Of a DNA stretch of 64,000 bases, positions 55,174-64,000 are shown piece by piece (positions within the stretch are counted from its first letter, which is position 1; each line of letters begins with the position of its first letter). The position numbers and the translations under genes are program-made. Under the pieces are notes generated by a model, which saw only the letters and a list, made by a program, of their open reading frames with translations, had not been told where the DNA came from and did no database searches. The stretch comes from a virus, in IMG/VR virus record IMGVR_UViG_3300027759_003534, positions 32,001-96,000 of that record; one strand, 5' to 3'.

Positions 55174-58116
55174 ATGGCAAATTATACCGTACCGCCAATA
55201 ATAGGTACCCTTAGATTAAACAACGGACGAGTTGCCACTTTTTATGAATCTCAGCGTGATCAATACGAACGGTCATTGGCCTCAGGAGCAACCCCTGTAG
55301 ATCCGCCGCCAGCAGATACCACAACTGTTGACGGAAAGGAAGTTTCAACTACTGCAAATGTACCGCCGCTTGCTAATACAGTAACAACCAGCGAAAGCCA
55401 AGCTACCCCACAACCCGCAACTCCGCCAACTCAGCCCGGGCCAACTAGTGCCAACGACGATGGCCCTACCCAAGCTCCTACATCAGGCGGAGCTGGATCG
55501 GGCACTAGTTCCAGCTCTGCTGACAGTGTTCGGCCAGACGATAATCCCGGATCATCAGTCAGCACCAAAAACGCCACAGTTACTGCGGTTGATAACTTGT
55601 TTGGCGAAGGCTCAATTGTGCCACAGGCCAACGTGCTTGATCAGTATGCCAGTTACACTTATCAAGCATCAGTATATTTAATGAAGCCCGAAACATTTCA
55701 ACAGATGGTCAAAAGTAGAAAAAAAACACTAAATGGTACTCAGTTGTTATTTCAAAGTGGTGGTGCCCCAGTCGGTGGCCGTAATCCTTATTTTAGTGAC
55801 GATTATTACATTGATAAAATTGAACTCAAATCCACACTGCAAGGCAAAGGAACAAATGCCGCACACAATGTAAGCACTATTAAGATGACCTTGATTGAAC
55901 CAAATGGAATTACTTTGCTTTCTAATCTTGACCGGGCTGTAGAACAGTATTTAGGTGCTGCAAGTAAAAAACAAAACTATGCTTCGCCATTATATTTGTT
56001 GGTTATTAAATTTTTTGGATATGATGCAAACGGGAACTTGGTGCAAGCGGGTCAAGCAAACGGCACCACAAACCCAATTGGCAATGTTCCTGGAATATCT
56101 GGCGCTGTTGTTCCGTCTACTGGTGCAGCATTTGTGGAGAAATACTATCCCATGGCCATTAGTAAACTTACTTTTAAAGTGGCCAATAAATTAGTTGAAT
56201 ACGAAATTCTAGCCACAGCACCTCAATATCAAATTGGTGTAGGGCAAAGTCGCGGCACCATTCCTTATAACGTAGAATTAAGCGGCATGTCAGTAAAAGA
56301 AGCATTGGCAGGCAGTGCCGAAGTTGGCACATCAACAGCAACAGCAACAAGAACAAAACAGTTGACCGAAGAAGAAAGGCAAGAACAAGACGGTAATGGA
56401 AAAAGTCCGCCATCTGCACCACCCACTGCTGCATCTGCACCAAGTCCAAAATTGACCATACGCAAAGGATTGATGGAAGCATTGAATCAGTATCAAAAAG
56501 ATTTAGTTGATCAAAAAATTTACACTGTAGCCGACCAGTACAGCATAGAATTTACCGACTCTGTTCTTGAACAAGCAAAGATTACTGTGCCCGGAACTGA
56601 TTTTAAAAATACAAGTCCACAAATAGCAAAAACTGCCGGGGATCAAATCCTTAAAGAAAAACAAGCAGTAGATCCTAACAGTAGAATTCTTACAATAACA
56701 GCAGGCCAACAAATTGTTCAAGTCATTGACCAGGCCATGCGTAACAGCAGTTATATACGATCCCAACAAACAGCAGAAGTGATAGAAAATACACAAAAAC
56801 AAAAAATCAATGGGAGCCCTGGAAAAAATGTAGCTTGGTTTAAAATTAATTTAGAGTGTGTGCCTATTAAATGGGACCCAAAACGCAATGACTATGCCTA
56901 TAAAGTAAAATATATTATAAGTCCTTATCGAATCTTTACGACCAACAGCAACTACTTTACAACTCCAATCTACAGAGGAGCACAAAAACAATATAACTAC
57001 TGGTTTACAGGACAAAATACCCAGGTACTCAGTTATGAACAAACTTATAACTCCTTGTATAACTATGTGCTGTCTGGCGGAAATACTGATGTAGCAAAGA
57101 CTACAACCGCCAAGCTCACCCATCAACCACGCAGTGGTCAGTCCAGTCAGGGTGCTGATCTTAGAACCAACGAACCTGCGGCAAACTTAGCTGATTCATT
57201 GTATAATCCAGCAGACTTAGGCACAGCCAATTTGACCATTGTAGGCGACCCTGCATGGCTACAACAAGGTGAAGCATCGTTTTCTGCACCTGGTAAAGAT
57301 AGTTTTATTGCTGGCGCATTTTTACCAGATGGCACAATTAATTTTGATAGCCAACAAATACTGTTTGAAATTGTAATCAACACTCCTACTGACTATGATT
57401 TACGCACAGGACTTATGGATGTTAATAACAGAAGTGTTGGTCAAAATAATATTCAGGCAAAACCACTTAACGAAAGTTATGTATACATTGCCAATACATG
57501 TACAAGTGAATTTAACAAAGGCAAATTTACACAGAATCTTAAAGGTACGTTGTTACAACGTACAACACCAAAATCAGCTGCTAGTGATGGTCGCTCGTCT
57601 GCTAATACAAATAGAAATATTGCAGGAACTCTGCCTAGTCGTACCACAAATGCACCAGGTACTGGGTTTGGTGACGAAGAAGAAACGTACACTGCTGATA
57701 GTAAAGGTAATACATTTAAAGATGGAACCTTATACCGTGCAGCCGAAGTTGAGGAGTTCCCAGAAAATCAACCGCCGGCATCTCCACAACCAGCACCACC
57801 GCCGGGAGACCCAACCTCTAGTGGAGATATTGACTTCAATGCTGGACTTGCAGGCAGTGGCGAATCAGTAGCAGCGCCGCCTAATGCCAGTGACGCACCT
57901 GCCAATAATAATAATATTGACGACCAAGCGTCCAAAGCTATTAAAAATCAGGCCGCAGCAGATGCTGCAACTGCGTCTGGAGATTTATATGCAGCTGCCT
58001 ACTATAATAACATAGCAAAAAACAACAGAGAAAATGCAGCCGCAAATGCTCGCAGTGCTGCCAAATATGGAGTAGTAACTACTCCACCACAACAAATAGC
58101 AAGGGATGATGCATAA
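55174..58116 (+). CDS. Baseplate hub protein (gp27/GPD-like) with low-complexity termini
   Basis: NVLDQYASYTY, EPNGITL, LTIVGDPAWL, GKFTQNL; located between gp53 and gp5. Confidence 0.55.
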   Translation: MANYTVPPIIGTLRLNNGRVATFYESQRDQYERSLASGATPVDPPPADTTTVDGKEVSTTANVPPLANTVTTSESQATPQPATPPTQPGPTSANDDGPTQAPTSGGAGSGTSSSSADSVRPDDNPGSSVSTKNATVTAVDNLFGEGSIVPQANVLDQYASYTYQASVYLMKPETFQQMVKSRKKTLNGTQLLFQSGGAPVGGRNPYFSDDYYIDKIELKSTLQGKGTNAAHNVSTIKMTLIEPNGITLLSNLDRAVEQYLGAASKKQNYASPLYLLVIKFFGYDANGNLVQAGQANGTTNPIGNVPGISGAVVPSTGAAFVEKYYPMAISKLTFKVANKLVEYEILATAPQYQIGVGQSRGTIPYNVELSGMSVKEALAGSAEVGTSTATATRTKQLTEEERQEQDGNGKSPPSAPPTAASAPSPKLTIRKGLMEALNQYQKDLVDQKIYTVADQYSIEFTDSVLEQAKITVPGTDFKNTSPQIAKTAGDQILKEKQAVDPNSRILTITAGQQIVQVIDQAMRNSSYIRSQQTAEVIENTQKQKINGSPGKNVAWFKINLECVPIKWDPKRNDYAYKVKYIISPYRIFTTNSNYFTTPIYRGAQKQYNYWFTGQNTQVLSYEQTYNSLYNYVLSGGNTDVAKTTTAKLTHQPRSGQSSQGADLRTNEPAANLADSLYNPADLGTANLTIVGDPAWLQQGEASFSAPGKDSFIAGAFLPDGTINFDSQQILFEIVINTPTDYDLRTGLMDVNNRSVGQNNIQAKPLNESYVYIANTCTSEFNKGKFTQNLKGTLLQRTTPKSAASDGRSSANTNRNIAGTLPSRTTNAPGTGFGDEEETYTADSKGNTFKDGTLYRAAEVEEFPENQPPASPQPAPPPGDPTSSGDIDFNAGLAGSGESVAAPPNASDAPANNNNIDDQASKAIKNQAAADAATASGDLYAAAYYNNIAKNNRENAAANARSAAKYGVVTTPPQQIARDDA

Positions 58117-59630
58117 TGGCAGAAAACGTACAACGCAGTAAAGGCCGGCCCGAGGGATATAAATTTGACCGTGGCGGGCAACCAGCGGAAATGGGTCCAT
58201 ATATCGGCATTGTCGTCAACAATGTTGATAACACCCGTAGCGGCCGATTACAAGTTTACATTGAAGAATTTGGAGCAATTACAAAAACTGGCTCACCTAA
58301 CCTCGCTGATAAAAGTTTATGGAGAACCGTAAGTTATTGTCCTCCATACTATGGAGCAACCCCACAGTCTGGTACCAGTGCCGGTTCAGGAAAATATCCA
58401 GGAAACACCAATAGTTATGGTATGTGGTTCACACCACCAGACTTGGGTGTTAGTGTATTGTGTTTCTTTGTAGGCGGCGATCCTAAACAAGGTTATTATG
58501 TTGGTTGTGTGCCAAATCAAGGTGCCAATCAAATGATTCCAGCTATTGGTGCTGTTAAGAATTTTCAAACGAATAATGCTAGTCAAAAAAAATATTTTGC
58601 CGATGCAACACAATTGCCTGTTACGGAGATCAATACTAAAAATGCAGCAATTGAAAGTAATCCTAAATTTTTTGATCAGCCTAAACCTGTACAAAGTTAC
58701 GTAGCAGGTATAATGTTTCAACAAGGATTAATAACTGACAATGTACGAGGGCCAATTGCAAGTTCAAGTCAACGTGAAAGTCCTAGTAATTGTTACGGTA
58801 TTAGTACTCCGGGCCGCGCCATTTATCAAGGCGGTTTAAGTGACAAAACGATCCAACAACAGGTTCAGTCGGGCGGAGTTAAACTAGAAGAGATTAACAT
58901 CATTGGACGTCGTGGGGGTCATACTCTGGTCATGGACGACGGAGACTTATCGGGCAAAGACAACCTAGTTAGAATACGTACAGCTAAAGGTCATCAGATT
59001 ACTATGAGTGACGATGGTGATTGTTTTTATATCTGCCACGCCAATGGACAAGCCTGGATTGAAATGGGGCAAGAAGGCACGTTGGATGTGTACACATCCA
59101 ACAGTGTAAATTTACGCACACAAGGCACTATAAATTTACATGCCGACGAGGACATTAATATGTTTGCAGGCGGTAAGATCAACATGAAAAGCAACAAAGG
59201 TACTACCATGCAAAGTAATACCGATATGAGTATATCAAACAAGGGCCAATTGACCTTGTTTAGTCAGGGCTCTGTTGGTATTAAAAGTGCCGGAACAGTG
59301 GCTATAAGCAGTCAGCTGGGCAGCTGGGCCGCAAGTTCTGAACTGAGTCTTAACGGCAGTAAAATACAACTCAACGGTGGGCCAAAGGCCGAAGTTGAGA
59401 CTCCTGCCGGGCTAACCACATACCTACATCCAAAGGTTGAATTTGATGCTAGTGTTGGCTGGTTAGCCATTCCGTCTGCTGAGGAAAGTATAGTAAGTCG
59501 TGCTCCTACACATGAACCATATCCTTATCATAATAAAGGTGTAAGTGTGTCAGTTAAATTTAGTGGATCCCCAAGTCCTCCGCCCGATGCTCCAGATGTT
59601 CCAGCAGACAACACAATTACAGCAGAATGA
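58116..59630 (+). CDS. gp5: Baseplate spike protein (gp5/VgrG-like OB fold plus beta-helix; no lysozyme domain seen)
   Basis: DNTRSGRLQVYI, YGMWFTPPDLG..VLCFF, GHTLVMDD, IRTAKGHQITMSD. Confidence 0.8.
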   Translation: MAENVQRSKGRPEGYKFDRGGQPAEMGPYIGIVVNNVDNTRSGRLQVYIEEFGAITKTGSPNLADKSLWRTVSYCPPYYGATPQSGTSAGSGKYPGNTNSYGMWFTPPDLGVSVLCFFVGGDPKQGYYVGCVPNQGANQMIPAIGAVKNFQTNNASQKKYFADATQLPVTEINTKNAAIESNPKFFDQPKPVQSYVAGIMFQQGLITDNVRGPIASSSQRESPSNCYGISTPGRAIYQGGLSDKTIQQQVQSGGVKLEEINIIGRRGGHTLVMDDGDLSGKDNLVRIRTAKGHQITMSDDGDCFYICHANGQAWIEMGQEGTLDVYTSNSVNLRTQGTINLHADEDINMFAGGKINMKSNKGTTMQSNTDMSISNKGQLTLFSQGSVGIKSAGTVAISSQLGSWAASSELSLNGSKIQLNGGPKAEVETPAGLTTYLHPKVEFDASVGWLAIPSAEESIVSRAPTHEPYPYHNKGVSVSVKFSGSPSPPPDAPDVPADNTITAE

Positions 59631-61324
59631 GCCAATTTAAATATACACTTCCGTCTGGCGCAACATTTACCTTGGAGGCCCCAGCTGGCACTACCCAGGA
59701 TCAGGCTGACTATACATTTTATAGTCAAGTGGCTGCAGGCGCACTAGTAGGATTCCTTCCAGGGCAAAGCATTAGCGGAACTACCTCGTCTTTGGCCAAG
59801 TTTGAACTCAGTCGCTTAGATCGTGGCACCGCTGGTGTAGACGACACAGTAATCCTTGCTATTATCAATGGATTGCCTACAATTAATACCACAACAGGTG
59901 CAATTCCATCGTTAGTTAACACGCCATTAACTAATCCTGTGACGCAGGCCAATATAGCGGCAATTGCAGGCACTGGATTTACTGCACCAGCAATAGGGTC
60001 GTTGACCTCTACACAAATTCAAACACTCATGGCTCAAGTGGTTAACACAGTAGATCAACCAGCTACAACAATAACTAACACTAGAGGAGCTGGCAAATAC
60101 GGACTTAGTTGTCAACAGTTAGAAAACGCTGGGTATGTGAAACCAGGAACATGGCAACAGTTTATACAAAACGGTCCTAGTACAGAAGTTGAGGTGCTTA
60201 ATGCTCCGGCTATCTGGACAGGATTAAACGGGATTTATTCACTTGACGAGTTTCTTAATAGTCCTGCAACTCAAAATAACGCTCAAGCAAGATTAATGCA
60301 AAACGGGTATGAAAGTTTACAAGCCACTGGCGTGATAACAACCCCGGCGGCCCAATCTGTTTCAGCTGTGGTAGGCACGGTCTATACTGGAAGCAATGTG
60401 GCCTTGACAACAGCAACAACAACAATCACCAACGATGTAAACGGTCAAGTAGCAGCATTAATTACAAATTCTAGCCAATATGGAACTGCGCTCACAGCAC
60501 AATGGGCCAGCGACTTGCCTCCTGTGACTAATCTTACTTCTAATCTGGTTGGCATACAGGGACTGTTGCCAACTGTGGACGGGCTACCCGGATTAGGATC
60601 ACTTACTTCTGGAATAACTCCCAATTTAATGTCAGTAAAAACAGCCATGGATACTTTAGGCAAAGCTTCACAATTTGCTGCTACAGCTTCTAGTACGCTA
60701 ACCAGTGGACTAACATCTTTATCCAATCTTAGCGTTGGCGGATTGAGTGACAAATTATCTAATCTTAGCGTCAGTGGGTTAGCAGACAAATTAGGAGGAT
60801 CAGCTACAGCATTAGCAGGGCAGATACAAGGTCAGATAGTAGGACAGGCCAACGCCTTGGTTGGTCAAGTACAAGGACAGGCTAATGCGTTAATAGGACA
60901 GGCACAGGCACAGGCTAATGCGTTGATTGCACAAGCACAAAGTCAGGTTAACTCGTTGATTGCACAAGGACAAGGTCTCGTTGCAGGTGTAGAAAAAGCT
61001 GCAGGATTTGCTAATACTGTAAATCGTGCTACAGTTGACACAGCATTTACAAAAATACTTGGCAGTTCTAAAATATCTGTTCCTAGTTTTGGAGCGGACT
61101 TGCCTAGCTCAGCTAGCATTGGAGCTGCCCTTGACATCAGTAAAGCTCAAGCTGTATTAACAAATTTGCAAGGACAAGGAACGGCCCTACTTAATCAAGC
61201 ACAAGGCCTGGCTAGCCAAGCTCAGAGACTGGCTAGCCAAGCTCAGGGACTGGCTAACCAAGCCCGAGGACAGGCCAATAACTTGCTAGCCAGCGCCAGA
61301 ACCAGTGTAAATCAGATAGTTTAA
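59627..61324 (+). CDS. Baseplate-associated protein with Gln/Ala/Gly helical repeats
   Basis: GAGKYGLSCQQLENAGYVKPG; 11-aa and 7-aa (21-bp) tandem repeats near the C-terminus. Confidence 0.65.
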   Translation: MSQFKYTLPSGATFTLEAPAGTTQDQADYTFYSQVAAGALVGFLPGQSISGTTSSLAKFELSRLDRGTAGVDDTVILAIINGLPTINTTTGAIPSLVNTPLTNPVTQANIAAIAGTGFTAPAIGSLTSTQIQTLMAQVVNTVDQPATTITNTRGAGKYGLSCQQLENAGYVKPGTWQQFIQNGPSTEVEVLNAPAIWTGLNGIYSLDEFLNSPATQNNAQARLMQNGYESLQATGVITTPAAQSVSAVVGTVYTGSNVALTTATTTITNDVNGQVAALITNSSQYGTALTAQWASDLPPVTNLTSNLVGIQGLLPTVDGLPGLGSLTSGITPNLMSVKTAMDTLGKASQFAATASSTLTSGLTSLSNLSVGGLSDKLSNLSVSGLADKLGGSATALAGQIQGQIVGQANALVGQVQGQANALIGQAQAQANALIAQAQSQVNSLIAQGQGLVAGVEKAAGFANTVNRATVDTAFTKILGSSKISVPSFGADLPSSASIGAALDISKAQAVLTNLQGQGTALLNQAQGLASQAQRLASQAQGLANQARGQANNLLASARTSVNQIV

Positions 61325-61329
61325 TAGAG

Positions 61330-61335
61330 TAAATA
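61330..61335 (+). promoter_or_regulatory. Late promoter
   Basis: AGTAAATA 4 nt before ATG 61340. Confidence 0.6.
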
Positions 61336-61339
61336 CAAC

Positions 61340-61714
61340 ATGCCCACATTTATTGGATTCAACACTATAGGTCAAAACAAAAAGTTCACAGCCGTGGATT
61401 TTGATCTAATCAAAATTGACCTGCTTAATGCCTTTAACATACGCCAAGGCGAGTTAGTGGGACGTCCTGGCTACGGCACTGTAATCTGGAATTACCTGTT
61501 TGAAAATCAAACTCCAGAAACACAGTCAGCAATCTACACAGAAATCCAGCGGGTATGTGCCGGAGATCCTAGAGTGTTTATCAGTGGCATACAAGTATTT
61601 CCTCAACAAAACGGCATCTTAATACAACTAGGCCTAGCTGTAGTACCTAGTACTACAGCACAGCAAGTAAGTCTGTTTTTTGATCAACAACAACGCACGG
61701 CCACCTACGTTTAA
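61340..61714 (+). CDS. gp25: Baseplate wedge subunit
   Basis: LIKIDLLNAFNIRQGELVGRPGYGTVIWNYLFE...DPRV. Confidence 0.9.
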   Translation: MPTFIGFNTIGQNKKFTAVDFDLIKIDLLNAFNIRQGELVGRPGYGTVIWNYLFENQTPETQSAIYTEIQRVCAGDPRVFISGIQVFPQQNGILIQLGLAVVPSTTAQQVSLFFDQQQRTATYV

Positions 61715-61735
61715 CTACCCAGATTATTAGTTCCA

Positions 61736-61741
61736 TAAATA
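61736..61741 (+). promoter_or_regulatory. Late promoter
   Basis: CATAAATA 19 nt before ATG 61761. Confidence 0.6.
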
Positions 61742-61760
61742 CTTTAACATTGGAATAACT

Positions 61761-64000
61761 ATGGCCACAACCTCAAGACAAACTGTGATATTTGGCGTTG
61801 AAGATTGGAAACGAATCTTTCAAACCTACCGCGAAGCTGATTTTCAAAGCTATGATTTTGAAACCCTACGCAAGAGTTTTGTAGATTATTTGCGCCTTTA
61901 CTATCCAGAAACATTTAACGATTACATTGAGTCAAGTGAGTTTATTGCCCTGCTTGATGTCATGGCTTTCATGGGTCAAAGTCTGGCATTTCGCACAGAT
62001 TTAAACACTAGAGAAAACTATCTAGACACAGCAGAACGTAGAGACAGTGTTGTTAAACTTGCAAATTTAGTCAGCTATACACCCAAACGTAACACCGAAG
62101 CAAGCGGATACCTCAAAGTATTTTCTATCTCAACCACAGAAAATCTCACCGACTACAACGGCATTAATCTAGCCAACCTTACAGTCAACTGGGCTGACCC
62201 AACCAACCTTGATTGGCAAGAACAGTTTATTACAATTATCAACGCCAGCCTGACCAATGCACAAAAATTTGGAAATCCTGGCAATCGTCAAACACTTTTA
62301 GGCGTAGACACACAAGAATATACCATTAACTTAGTGCCTGGGTTCTTGCCAGTGATTCCATACACTGCTACAGTAGACACAGTAAATATGCCATTCGAAG
62401 TGGTTAATGCTACATCTATTGGTGCAGATTTTGTGTATGAACCTCCTCCGTTGCCCAATGGACAATTCAATGTATTGTTTCGCAACGATCAACAAGGATT
62501 CCTTAGCAACAACACAGGATTTTTCTTCTTATTCAAGCAAGGCGTACTACAGAATCAAGATTTTAATTTGCCCGAGCGAATTGACAATCGTGCAGTGGCT
62601 ATCAATATTGAAGGCATCAACAACACCGACATTTGGTTGTATCAATTAGACAACTTGGGTAATGTTGCAGGTTTTTGGGAACGAGTGCAAAGTGTGTATG
62701 CGGCTGCAGTAGAACAACTGGCACCCGGCACAAGAGATATCTATAGCGTGAGCAGTAGAACCAATGACCAGATCACTTTAAACTTTGGTGATGGTATATT
62801 TGCTACTATACCAGTTGGCACTTTCCGTACCTATGTTCGCGCCAGCAACGGTCTGACTTACATTATTAACCCTGTGGAAATGCAAAGCGTTAGTGTGCCT
62901 ATCAGCTACGTAAGCCGTACAGGACAAATTGAAACACTGACATTTACCTGTGGTATTACCGAGCCGGTGACAAATGCTCAAGCACGTGAAACTATTCAAG
63001 AGATCAAGCAACGTGCCCCGGCTCAGTACTACACACAAAACCGTATGGTCAACGGCGAAGACTATACAAACTTTCCGTTTACCCAATACAACAGCATTCT
63101 CAAAAGTTCAGCTATTAATCGCGCCAGCATTGGCACCAGCCGCTATCTTGACCTAGTAGACGGCACAGGAAAATATTCCAGCACCAACATATTTGCCAGT
63201 GATGGTGCCTTGTATGAATCTAATAATTTATACGCTTTTCAGTTCAGTTGGTTGACTAGCAATGACATTAGTGATGCTGTAGTTAATCAGATTAATCCCT
63301 TGGCACTAAGAGCAGGCCTACAACAATTTTACTACGCTAATTTTCCACGCCCTAATCTAGCTGTGTTGAATTACACTTGGCATCAAAGTACTTCAATTAC
63401 CAACGAAACCACAGGCTATTTTGAAAATGCACTAGGCAATCCAGTATCTATTGGGGTCTTTGCTAGCAACAGTGGCAAGTACATTACTGAAGGCAGTTTA
63501 GTTGAATTTGCAGCACCCACAGGATATTATTTTAATGCTAGCAATCAATTAGTAGTTGGAGCCCCTACACAGCCAGACGAAAAACTCACAATCTGGGCTA
63601 GCCCTACCGCAGTATATCTAGCAGGAACAGCACAAGGCCTGGGTAATTTACCATCAGGTGTTGGTCCAGTGGTGTTGAATAATTTTGTACCCACAGGAGC
63701 AATTCCTGTGCAAGTGATTCCAGTATTCACCACAGATATTCCTACTAGTGTGCAACAGACCGTGGTTGCACAAATTGCATTAAATCAGAATTTTGGTTTA
63801 GGATATAATAATCTCACTAACACTTGGTATGTGATCACTTCCAGCAATCTTGACGTAGATGCAAACTGGAGCCAATCCAATGCACAAAGCACCGCAGGTA
63901 CCAATAGTGATGCCAGTTGGTTAATACAGGCCACCTACAGTGGGGCAACCTACACTGTGGGTTCAAGAAGCTTGGAATATTATTTTGGCAGCGTGTTGCA
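61761..64000 (+). CDS. gp6: Baseplate wedge subunit, N-terminal part (runs off the right edge; missing from the ORF track)
   Basis: Manual translation MATTSRQTVIFGVEDW..YDFETLRKSFVDYL..FNDYIESSEFIALLD..TAERRDSV; NRMVNGEDY; frame reads ..YYFGSVL at the edge. Confidence 0.92.
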   Translation, partial: MATTSRQTVIFGVEDWKRIFQTYREADFQSYDFETLRKSFVDYLRLYYPETFNDYIESSEFIALLDVMAFMGQSLAFRTDLNTRENYLDTAERRDSVVKLANLVSYTPKRNTEASGYLKVFSISTTENLTDYNGINLANLTVNWADPTNLDWQEQFITIINASLTNAQKFGNPGNRQTLLGVDTQEYTINLVPGFLPVIPYTATVDTVNMPFEVVNATSIGADFVYEPPPLPNGQFNVLFRNDQQGFLSNNTGFFFLFKQGVLQNQDFNLPERIDNRAVAINIEGINNTDIWLYQLDNLGNVAGFWERVQSVYAAAVEQLAPGTRDIYSVSSRTNDQITLNFGDGIFATIPVGTFRTYVRASNGLTYIINPVEMQSVSVPISYVSRTGQIETLTFTCGITEPVTNAQARETIQEIKQRAPAQYYTQNRMVNGEDYTNFPFTQYNSILKSSAINRASIGTSRYLDLVDGTGKYSSTNIFASDGALYESNNLYAFQFSWLTSNDISDAVVNQINPLALRAGLQQFYYANFPRPNLAVLNYTWHQSTSITNETTGYFENALGNPVSIGVFASNSGKYITEGSLVEFAAPTGYYFNASNQLVVGAPTQPDEKLTIWASPTAVYLAGTAQGLGNLPSGVGPVVLNNFVPTGAIPVQVIPVFTTDIPTSVQQTVVAQIALNQNFGLGYNNLTNTWYVITSSNLDVDANWSQSNAQSTAGTNSDASWLIQATYSGATYTVGSRSLEYYFGSVL

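Noticed and set aside
1-64000. Stop-codon reassignment or tRNA genes
   Set aside because: Conserved genes read full length in the standard bacterial code, and no cloverleaf with a T-loop (GTTCRA) and acceptor stem was seen in intergenic gaps.

Overview
This window comes from a large T4-superfamily contractile-tailed (myovirus-type) phage genome. It is almost entirely virion-morphogenesis genes, with no host chromosome, tRNA or CRISPR array seen. From left to right: tail sheath (partial); HNH protein, dNMP kinase and DEDD exonuclease; neck/head-closure/tail-terminator genes and a Nudix hydrolase; a ~24 kb block of fibre/adhesin-like genes with Ser/Thr/Asn/Gly-rich repeats and interspersed modifying enzymes; a TPR-glycosyltransferase; a free-standing HNH homing endonuclease; the head operon (gp23, 22, 21, core, gp20); a tape-measure-like protein; a gp26-like gene; an aminoacyl-transferase (ATE/Bpt-like); a GIY-YIG nuclease; a radical SAM enzyme; gp46/gp47 split by an AT-rich sulfotransferase island; late sigma gp55; and baseplate genes (gp48/54-like, 53, hub, 5, 25, 6 partial). 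Two promoter classes are visible: sigma70-type before non-structural genes and TAAATA late-type before structural genes. The strongest leads are (1) a ~420-nt highly structured, apparently non-coding RNA directly downstream of a minimal GIY-YIG nuclease, (2) a T-TTT-TTC -1 frameshift site that would fuse the gp26-like ORF to the next ORF, lambda G/GT-style, (3) a possible virion-fibre glycosylation system, (4) a family of small fibre-tip modules sharing a Trp-Gly tag, with a duplicated terminator/promoter cassette and a deleted vestige, and (5) several RNA-level regulatory elements. All family assignments come from motif recognition by eye; no searches were run.
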